A stretch of 64,000 nucleotides of DNA from Aplysia californica. Lineage: Eukaryota. Positions within the stretch are counted from its first letter, which is position 1; every line of letters begins with the position of its first letter. The stretch covers positions 12,414 through 76,413 of the forward strand of contig NW_004798561.1 of NCBI RefSeq assembly GCF_000002075.1. The letters are read 5' to 3'. Below the pieces are notes generated by a model. That model did no database searches. It was not told the origin of the DNA and saw only the letters and a list, made by a program, of their open reading frames with translations. This document shows positions 55,082 to 64,000 of this stretch, one piece after another. Made by a program: the position numbers and the translations under genes.

Positions 55082-56236
55082 TTAACACTATCCGTACGTC
55101 GTGTTTTACTATCGTATCCATACGACGTGGGGAACTCTGTGCCACCACTTAACCCTATCCGTACGTCGTGTTTTACTATTGTATCCATACGACGTGGGGA
55201 ACGCTGTGCCACCACTTCCCAAAGAGGAAATTTACTCGTTAATCCGATCTTTTGAGAAGTATTGAACGTTTCAAAGAGATCTTCGCACTAGAACTATTCG
55301 AAAATGTGAGGAATACAACCCCGGGGGTCAAAATGACCTCAGGGAGTACGGCAGAGCTGCCAAAGACAAAGACCATCGGGGGATGGAAATAAGTACATGT
55401 GTCGACTACACACTTGTGTTGATGCTAAGGTTTTGGCTAATGTTTCATTCCAAGTCAATGGGTCTTTGCTGTGACTGCCAAGAGCAGTGGAGGAATTTGT
55501 CACAAGGAAAGGGAAGGCTGGTGTCGTGTCATGGTTGATAGCTATCTATTCCGAAACAAAGGCTCTCACTGAACAAATCCGAACGCCCTGGGGTCATTTT
55601 GTACCCCCGGGGTTGTATTCTTCACATTTTATAATACTTCTTGTACGAAGATCTCTTTGAAACTTTCAGTATTTCTCCAAAAATCATTTTGACAGACTGC
55701 TATGCAAAGCGTCCGGATCGGGTAAATTTCCTCTTTGGAAAGTGGTGGCACAGAGTTCTCCACGTCGTATGAATACGATAGTAAAACACGACGTACAGGT
55801 AGGGTTAAGTGGTGGCACAGAGTTTCCCACGTCGTATGGATACGATAGTAAAACACGACGTACGGATAGGATTAAGTGGTGGCACAGAGTTCCCCATGTC
55901 GTATGGATACGATAGTAAAACACGACGTACGGATAGGATTAAGTGGTGGCACAGAGTTCCCCACGTCGTATGGATACGACAGTAAAACACGACGTACGGA
56001 TACGATAGTAATTCACGACGTACGGATAGGGTTAAGTGGTGGCACAGGGTTCTCCACGTCGTATGGATACGATAGTAAAACACGACGTACGGATAGGGTT
56101 AAGTGGTGGCACAGAGTTCCCCACGTCGAATGGATACGATAGTAAAACACGGCGTACGGATAGGGTTAAGTGGTGGCACAGAGTTCCCCACGTCGTATGG
56201 ATACGATAGTAAAACACGACGTACTGATAGGGTTAA
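55082..56236. mobile_element. Inverted pair of piggyBac-type MITEs with a tandemly amplified 67-bp terminus
   Basis: Left copy has 2 terminal units; right inverted copy has about 7 units (55740-56236); TTAA at both outer ends. Confidence 0.78.
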
Positions 56237-57189
56237 ACAAATCACGTGGACATAACCACGACCCAGAACCAACAAGAACGTCACAGACACATACTGCAGC
56301 AAGAGGAGCGGTCAAGAGGAAAGCGGCATCACAAGGTTATTGTTAAAAAGATAGGCGTGTTTTGACCTTCAGACCTGTTGAACGGAGAGAGGGGAAATAT
56401 ACAAAGTTGGTGTCGAGTACACGTATCTTAAAAAGAAAATAATCACATACAACATAATACATGTATTATTCAGGAGCTTCTCGTCTTTCCAAAGTTAGAA
56501 AATCGATTGTTTGGTGAACAACAGAGGTTTGGTTTAGTTGACCGTCTTCCAGCTTCTACAATCATGGGAGTTGTGACCAGAATCAGTTTAACATTTTCCC
56601 TCTGTGTGTGTACGTCAGGCCTTGGACTGTCAATGGGTGTGTGTGTGCCGTGTTGTACTTTGGGAGGGAAGGGGGGGGGTCTGGGAGGCTGCTCTCACAC
56701 CCACGACTTCTGGAAAATTGCAGTCCTGTCTGACTATCTGGGCATTTGCTGTCGCGACTTGTCAAAATATATTTGATGTGGGTGGTTTGCGGGTGCTCTG
56801 GTGTTGTTTGCTCCTTCTTTCCTATGAAAAATATATCTTCTCCATCTCCCCTCCTTTTTGTGTTTGTTACTCGGTAACACTTCTAATCTTTGGCACTTAT
56901 ATTATATGACTTTATTGCGCTGCAAGTGCCGTAAAATACTAACTAAAACAAGCAAATTGTTTGATCGAAATGACACCACAAAATGGAGCACCCACCCACT
57001 TACGTGACTTACTCTGTACTCAGCATGCGTAAATGCCACCGCTTTAAAAAAGATATATCTAAACATAGATCTAGATCTAAAAGACAAAATGTAAAAAAAA
57101 CACCAAAAAACGAAAGGAAGGAAGATAAAAAGATAGAAAGGAAAACCGTCTTGTAACCCATCCACCACGAGTGCCATCATTTTGGCCTA

Positions 57190-57935
57190 CGTCACTCTCG
57201 TGGCGGGCGAGTACGGTATTCTGACATGGTCAGGAACAACAAGATCACAGAAATGGCGGGAACAACGCCTATCCTCCACTACATCTACACGCGAAGGCAA
57301 ACAATTAGGGGGGCTCTCGAGGCCTAGAGGTTAAGGTGTTGGCCTCTCATTCAAAGGTCCCGGGTTCGAATCCGGGTAGCGACCAAAACATTTTCTTCTC
57401 TAAAATTGTCTCCTTTCACCTCCTTTCCTGCTCTCTAGCAATGTTCTATTGTCTGCTTTCATTTCCACTTTTTGCCCCCACCCCCTCACCTCCTTTGCCC
57501 CCTCCTCTGGGCTCATGACCCTGCAGCCTTTCTACTGCTACTCCTTGGCTCCTCCTTACTGCTGTCTTTCTGCCACACCCCTAATCTTCTGGTAGGAAAG
57601 ATCTACACCTAGCCTTCTCGGACAAGGGCGAAAAATCTCGGAGGGGCTGTGTGCAAGTTGCGCACGTTAAAGATCCCTTGGTGGTCTAAAATCGATAAAA
57701 GTAGGCTTCGGCCGCCACCCGGGAAAAATTCAAAATTCCCTACCAACTGAAAATATTAGGAGTGTCCCGCGCGCTCATATGACCTATGCAGTTGCGAGCG
57801 CCGTAAAACACTTTACAAAAACAAACAAAACAATTAGGTGGTTTGGACATCTCACACGTATGGCACCTAACCAGCTTGCCAGTAAAGCCTACTACAGGAA
57901 GGCATCAGGGTACAAGGCAAGAGGAAGACCACCAA
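57190..57935 (+). mobile_element. RTE-clade LINE ORF2 C-terminal fragment split by the SINE at 57310-57827
   Basis: Removing the SINE joins VRYSDMVRNNKITEMAG...RRQTIR to WFGHLTRMAP...KARGRPP. Confidence 0.7.
57310..57827 (+). mobile_element. tRNA-headed SINE with Deu/Nin-like domain and the family A/B 3' hairpin, inserted into an RTE fragment
   Basis: A/B boxes (GGCCTAGAGG, GGTTCGAATCC), ccttctcggac...gcacgttaaagatccc segment, tail gcgctcatatgacc...gagcgccgtaaaac, TSD aaacaattagg. Confidence 0.75.
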
Positions 57936-58006
57936 GACTCAGTCGACCGTCACCGTGGACAACCAGGCAGGATTTACGCACGCTAGACTACTATATCTCG
58001 GTAGAC

Positions 58007-58064
<58 letters not shown>

Positions 58065-58283
58065 TAGGGGCACTATACACCAGTATTGGTCACATTGTGA
58101 GGTGAAGTGAACAAGTTTCAGTTAGTTGTATTCCTTTAACGTACGCTTAGTGTCAATGATCAATGGAGAACTCTGAGCGGACATCTTGCTGTTTGATTCT
58201 ACAAATGGAGTCAACGGGTCAAATGTTTTGCTGGTTGAAATGAAACAGAAAAGTGATGAAAATACCACAACAATGCGATGACA

Positions 58284-58324
<41 letters not shown>

Positions 58325-59121
58325 NNNNNNNNNNNNNNNNNNNNNNNNNNNNNNNNNNNNNNNNNNNNNNNNNNNNNNNNNNNNNNNNNNNNNNNNNNNN
58401 NNNNNNNNNNNNNNNNNNNNNNNNTTAAAAAAAAAATAAAACCTTGGTTTGTTGTCTCTCCCCAAATGGCCACTCCGCTCTCTCAATTATCCATTCACGT
58501 GGATCTCGTTGTCACTCCATGAGTGAAGACTCCAATTCCTCTCTACTTCTACTCTATGAACCACAGGAGCATTTCCGCTCCACTGATACCTTTATCTCAT
58601 GGTAGCTCCACGACTGAGATCGTAGTTGGCGTGCAGTATCACTCGTTTTGTATATGCTTCTTCGACATCTAGTGTGTTGTCTGCTCGTTCTGCCCCCCCC
58701 TGTTTGTATAATAGCATATGTGTATGTATATGTATTCTTTTATTGTGAGGGGCCCTCTCCCCACTTTTGGTCACATGTGGAGAGGAGGGAACAAATTTCA
58801 GTCATTTGTATTTCTTTATCGTACGCTCAGTGTCACAGAGCAAGGGAGAACTCTGAAGCGCACATCTTGCTGTTTGTTTCTTCAAATGGAGTCACCGGGT
58901 CAAATTTTTTCCTGGTTGAAAAGAAACAGAAAAGTGATAAAAATCCCANNNNNNNNNNNNNNNNNNNNNNNNNNNNNNNNNNNNNNNNNNNNNNNNNNNN
59001 NNNNNNNNNNNNNNNNNNNNNNNNNNNNNNNNNNNNNNNNNNNNNNNNNNNNNNNNNNNNNNNNNNNNNNNNNNNNNNNNNNNNNNNNNNNNNNNNNNNN
59101 NNNNNNNNNNNNNNNNNNCTC

Positions 59122-59263
59122 GTTGCCATAGAAACTTTGACGCCGAACAAGAAAAAGGGAGGTAGCTTCTTCTCTTTAGTTCATGCTTCGGTCATAAAAG
59201 TTGTCTTTATTACTTCCCTTGGATGACGTGATCATGTGATCAAAACAAGGGTGTAAAATGGCG
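59122..59263 (+). promoter_or_regulatory. Candidate RAB22 proximal promoter
   Basis: RFX X-box-like GTTGCCATAGAAAC 59122-59135, M-box TCATGTGA 59232-59239, YY1 AAAATGGCG 59255-59263, all within 300 bp of the ATG. Confidence 0.5.
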
Positions 59264-59418
59264 TTGTGATTTCAGCGAAACCACCCAAAGACCTCATCAT
59301 TCAATTATTGTAACATCGCCCAAGGTGGTGCTGAATTTCGAGATTGTGAGGGATTCATCTTCACTCAGATCATCAGAGCATTGGTTGATGTTCACAGCTT
59401 GTATATAAAAGCACCAGT

Positions 59419-59454
59419 ATGGCTTTGAGAGACGTTAAAGTTTGTCTCTTGGGG
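59419..59454 (+). CDS. RAB22A: RAB22 coding exon 1
   Basis: ATG GCT TTG AGA GAC...TTG GGG|gtaagc, 36 nt. Confidence 0.88.
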
Positions 59455-60625
59455 GTAAGCTCTCTCTGTCTCTATCTCTTCTTTTCATTAGATTCTGAAA
59501 CTGGAAGTGTAAATGGGCCCTTGGCATGACCATGCCCTTGTCTTTTTTATTCTAGATCTAGATCCTAGGTTTAAACTTATGTTTAATTTGAATTTTCACC
59601 TTTAGACTTAGGTCTGTGTACTTTTTTTTGTAGTCAATTTCTTTGAGGCATTATTGGGTTCTAGAATCTAAGGATGACAGTGCGAGTTAAGAAAGTGGCT
59701 ATTCTCACCCGCCCGGAAGTTCTCGCAAGATCAACTCCTCCCCTCTTCTTTCTCTCTCTGTCTCTTTCTGAATACTGTCTATCGGTGTGGACGATCAAAT
59801 TGACCAAAACAAAGTTAAAAAATGATGTTAAAACACAAAAGTAAATACATTTGTTGTCTACAAAGATGCTACGGCTATTTAACTTGGCCGGCACTATTTC
59901 TCCGAACGTTCGGGAAAATAAAGCTGGGCACTATTTCTCCGAACGTTCGGGAAAATAAAGCTGGGCACTATTTCTCCGCACATTCAGGAAAATAAAGCTG
60001 GGCACTATTTCTCCGAACACTCTGAAATATCATCCTTTCCCCCAAATTTCGGATATTATAGAGATCTATAATTATAGTATGGGCCTACCAAAGATTGTTC
60101 GTATACAATATGGTTCAATCGGTCCAAAAAATGTCCGCCGTAAATATTTATATAAAGAAATGCAACAATTCCAAACAGTTTTTCGCTATAGATATGACGT
60201 GTTGCCTATGAAAGGTGCTGCTTTTAAACGTAATGTGTTGTGTTCACTCGTGTGCTGTCTAGATCTAGATCTACGGAGGGTTATTGATAACGACACATAG
60301 AACTGGCATCTGCGTTTGTCACTGCTGCGACCAATGTACTGACACTGGCAAGCCCCTTAATGTGTGTGATTCCATAATTTACATGTAATATCCTGTACTT
60401 TTTTAAAAATTACGCACATTTAATTTAGGGTTAAAACTGCCAATCTTCTTCGGACAGGTGGACACACGCCCTTATTTGTTAATGTTTGTTGTTGTTTATA
60501 GGCTGTTCTAATTTTGATTTCTTTCTGTTGTGAAACCTTTCTTTTTCACGTTTTTACACTCATCTAAAAATCTCATCTAGACTAGCTGTTGAAAATTGAA
60601 ATAGATATAGACCCAAAAATTTGCT

Positions 60626-60680
<55 letters not shown>

Positions 60681-63583
60681 GTGAGTGTTTGAGTGTGTCT
60701 GTGTGTGGTAGTAAGTGGAGAGTGAGGAGTGTGTTTGTTTGTTTTTCGGGCTTTATTTCAGCCTTTATTCAGTAACAGTTCAAAGTATACAAAAATAGAA
60801 ACACAGGATCCAGTGGCTGGTCAGTGTCGTCGTCTTGTAGTTGCTGTCGCCTGTGGATAAACTCGCACATTCTTCCTTTCACCCGCTCTTTCACTCACAC
60901 TGTCTCTCCATCCACAGTTCAGCTCGTCATACGTTCAAAAGTTGCCCACTAGTTATGTTTAGTTAGTGTGTGTACATGTGCATGATGGTGGTGGGTGTGT
61001 GGTGGGTGTTACTGAAGGTTGTCTGTAGGCGGGCTTGCCATGCGGTACGTGTTCCTTCCCAGACCAGAGGCAGAATGAAAGTTGGCGCCGAACTCTCGCA
61101 ATAAATAGATATATATAGGCAAAAAATCACGAGACCGGAAGCCGAAAACCGTTCGGAGAAATAAAGATCGGCACTATTTCTCCGAACGTTCGGAGAAATA
61201 GTCACTTCGATTTAACTTTTCGAATCGAGCCGAACTACGCGGGTCGCCATTTTGTTTTGCCCGGAAATTCTCGCGCTACTCCTCTCTCTCTTTCTCTCTC
61301 TCTCTCCACTGCCCACAGACAAAATTGTACGCTTCTAGTAGGCTACAATTGTAATGGAACGTTTGTTCACGGCACAGAATTCTACAATTTTTCCTCACAG
61401 TGTAAAATTCTATGGTTTAGGGTGAACGCAAAATTTGGTGAACGCACACCGGGTGAGAATAGCCACAAGACTCGCCTGCACTATTCTCACTCCGGGTGAG
61501 AATAGAGGTGGCCGCGAGTTAATCAGATGTTGAACGCAACATGACAACTTTTGGTCAGTCATCCTTGTTACGTTTACACTAGATCTAGATCTACATGAAG
61601 CTACTAGCACCTAGCATACCTCTATGATTGGCCCAAATGTAGATGATGTATTTCCGACTATTTTTTCGTCTTCCAGGCCCAGGGCTTCCTTCGCCAGTTG
61701 ACTAGATCTCACCGTGGCGGGCCCGCTTTGCTGTAGGCTTAGCGCGCGATGGGATCAATGTCACTAGACTAGTTTGGTTTCATCGCCGACTGCTTGGGCT
61801 GTGTGTGTGTGCATGTGCTATTGTGTGTGTGTATGTAAGTATATGTGTACAACTTTGAGGAGAAGGTAGATTTATGGAACAAGAATTGCTGAGATTGTTT
61901 AATGTAAATTAATGCAGAAAAACAAACACGGCGAGAGCTGGTCAACAGTTACTAGCGAGGGAAACCCAAGAGTCTTGGAGGAAACCACGGAAGAAGACAA
62001 TTTAAATAGATGGCTCAAATACGTCATCTATATTTGGGCCAATCACAGGTGTGCTTGGTGCTTGCTGTAGCTTCATCTTATGTTACGTTTTCTCATTCTT
62101 CACACATTGTGGTTCGCTACTCTATAGTATATATATATACTGTGTGTATATATGATAGAGGTATTATAATCCAATTATTATATAAAGAGTTCTGTTCAAA
62201 ACCTAAAGTGGGTGGTTGGCGGGTGCTCTGGTGTGGTTTGCTTCTTCTCTCCCATCAAACATCTTCTATCGTCTTTATTTCCCCTTCTTCTTTTTTATGT
62301 TTGTTACTCTCTTGTAACACCTCTAGTCTTCTGGCGCTCATATGACCTTATGCAGTTGCGAGCGCGCGCCGTAAAACCCTTTACTAAAACTAAACTAAAA
62401 CTAAACAAGACCTAAAAACTAAAAGTGGGCCGAGAATGTGTGTTTTAGTCCTGCTACTTTGATTCCAAAGCTATTACATACACAGGCTAGCCACTTGAAG
62501 TTGGGGAGTTAGGGAAATGAAAAAGCCGACAGATTGGCTGGTGAGGCCACCTCAGTTGACAGCACGGCTCAACCAGACAGGGTCGAGATCCTGAAATGTC
62601 TCTCTCGCCAGCTGATTGAGGAGGAAGATAGGGAGGCAGAGGCGAGTACTGCCGTGGAGAGGATGATGCTTTTGGGAATACAAAAAGGAAGTGAAAAGGC
62701 TGGCATCCTTGCAGGAAAGAACAGAAGAACGTTCGACCAGATATATGCACTGGCACAATCAGTAGAAAAAGACCCTCGGCAACATTTTGGAGGGAGCTAG
62801 GGAGCATCAGAGCATCATTGGACATGTCCGGAATGCAGGGATGTTGCTTCCTGAAGCCATGAACAATGACAGTTGGGGAGTTACAAACACACAGTCCTAA
62901 GAAATTCTGCAAGGTTTAAAAAATGAAAAGGTTTTTGCCCATAACTTGAAACTCAGAAACCATTTTTTATTGTGTCCACGATTTCAATGCTGCGTGCTTG
63001 ACTCTGAGCGCTAAAGGGAAATTATGGGACATAATGTCACGTGTGCCTCATCATCATCATCATTGCCTTTCTCACCCTGCACCAGGGTATAGGCCACAGA
63101 CAAACACCTTTCACCTTTCTCTCTCCTGGGCTAGCCTCTTGATGTTATTCCATGTCTTCCCACTTTTCTGTACATCGATTTCTGTGATTCTTCTCCAGGT
63201 TCCACGTGGTCTTCCCCTTGATCTCTTACCTTGTGGGTTCCAATCCAAAATTTTCTTTGTTATGCAGCTGCCTGACTTCCTGAGAGTATGTCCAGTCCAT
63301 AGCCACCGCTTTCTTCCTACCTCATCTCTGACTGGGATCTGTCTTGTTTTCCTGAACACATCCACATTGGTGACCTTGTCTGTCCATCTGACGTGCGCCT
63401 CTGAGCATAAAATCAGTTCAACGTTTCATGGATTTTGTTCTCTACTGTTTTGTGTAATTGATCAAATGAAACTTTAAACATGGATCTTTTCCATTTTTCC
63501 CAGGAATCTGGTGTTGGTAAATCGAGCATTGTTATGAGATTTGTATCGGACAAATTCAAACAAGCTTTGGAGAGCACCATCGG
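59419..63583 (+). CDS. RAB22A: Ras-related protein Rab-22A/Rab31, first two coding exons (continues beyond window)
   Basis: Exons 59419-59454 and 63504-63583 give MALRDVKVCLLG|ESGVGKSSIVMRFVSDKFKQALESTIG: a P-loop GxxGVGKS and the Rab22-type N terminus (human MALRELKVCLLGDTGVGKSSIV). Neither exon is in the ORF track. Confidence 0.9.
59670..61566. mobile_element. Possible ~1.9-kb non-autonomous DNA transposon in RAB22 intron 1
   Basis: Termini AAGGATGAC / GTCATCCTT; inverted GTGGCTATTCTCACCCG / CGGGTGAGAATAGCCAC; internal palindromic repeats tatttctccgaacgttcgg(a/g)aaata at 59890-60020 and 61145-61200. No clean TSD. Confidence 0.5.
63050..63390 (-). mobile_element. 5'-truncated RTE-clade LINE (related fragments 13445-13615 -, 12790-12940 +)
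   Basis: KRWLWTGHTLRK..LDWNPQGKRSRGRPRGTWRR, (GAT)n tail, imperfect TSD acgtg(t/c)gcctc. Confidence 0.82.
63504..63583 (+). CDS. RAB22A: RAB22 coding exon 2
   Basis: ttcccag|GAA TCT GGT...ATC GG|gtatgt, 80 nt. Confidence 0.9.
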
Positions 63584-64000
63584 GTATGTAGATGTGAAAA
63601 TATAGTTTTATTACATGGATATATATATATATATATATATATATATGCTTTTTCAAAACGTTGACCCATGAATATAACCAGAGCCAGAAAGATATGTAAA
63701 GATATATATATGACTTTGGGCCCTGGTTGTAAGTTATAGCGTCTAATTTCCCACTGTTGTATTTGTCAGTTGAATTATTAAGAAATGCTTTACTTCACCA
63801 CTTTAAATTAGTGTCTGTCTTCTTGTGAACTCTACTTTAATATCTTTATCGTAAACGAACAAAGACCGTTTTTGTCCTCCTGTTTTATAAATATGTTTTT
63901 ATTTTACATGTATATGTAAGAGTGATTTGGTAGCTAAAATTGAAGTGTCCCCCCCCCCCCCTTTCATTTTAAAGCTTTTTATAAGCCTTTCTACACACAC

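Larger units (their letters stand above)
41445..62405 (+). mobile_element. Retroposon family A, 6 plus-strand copies (span given)
   Basis: Copies near 41445-41612 (TSD ttactctgtgc), 44956-45110, 50026-50200 (TSD agagagttttgtc), 53236-53410, 56778-56948, 62208-62405. Confidence 0.85.

Noticed and set aside
55740-56236. CRISPR-like regularly spaced repeats
   Set aside because: No spacers; the units are copies of a piggyBac-type MITE end; eukaryotic context with no cas genes.
58140-58947. ~130-bp direct repeat pair (58140-58270 and 58820-58947)
   Set aside because: Both copies end at or near N-gaps or a (GA)n run; cannot distinguish a diverged local duplication from an assembly effect, and there is no functional signal.
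62010-62345. MAQIRHLYLGQSQVCLVL as RAB22 exon 1
   Set aside because: The exon at 59419-59454 matches the Rab22 N terminus far better and has a canonical phase-0 donor.
62534-62940. Coding-looking 88-aa ORF in RAB22 intron 1
   Set aside because: Interrupted by stops, no splice context and no family I recognise; probably a decayed transposon fragment, but this needs BLASTX.

Overview
This is eukaryotic animal genomic DNA from a gapped draft scaffold with about 10 N-runs. It is intron-rich and repeat-rich, and its SINE/RTE content suggests a lophotrochozoan such as a mollusc (inference only). I reconstructed four spliced protein-coding genes by reading GT-AG junctions and codon phases. (1) A TRIM-NHL E3-ligase-like gene (+, 428-9512) whose RING and B-box1 are split by repeat expansions. 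(2) ICA1/ICA69, an arfaptin-BAR gene (-, 31539 to at least 13267); its 3' end was not found. (3) Syntaxin-16 (+, 36056-45398), complete in 8 exons and head-to-head with ICA1 across a very short shared promoter. (4) The first two coding exons of RAB22A/RAB31 (+, 59419-63583). Introns carry SINEs, RTE and I-type LINE fragments, several MITE families and minisatellites. The most notable observations are these. About 29 copies of three retroposon families share a covarying 3' hairpin and switch orientation completely near 37-41 kb. A 126-bp target-site duplication copied part of an STX16 exon. Micro-duplications of exon-intron junctions recur across three genes. A near-identical copy of a TRIM exon sits inside an ICA1 intron. 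STX16 and RAB22 are neighbours, as they are in human. Coordinates were read by eye; repeat boundaries are approximate. No prokaryotic features or CRISPR arrays were found.
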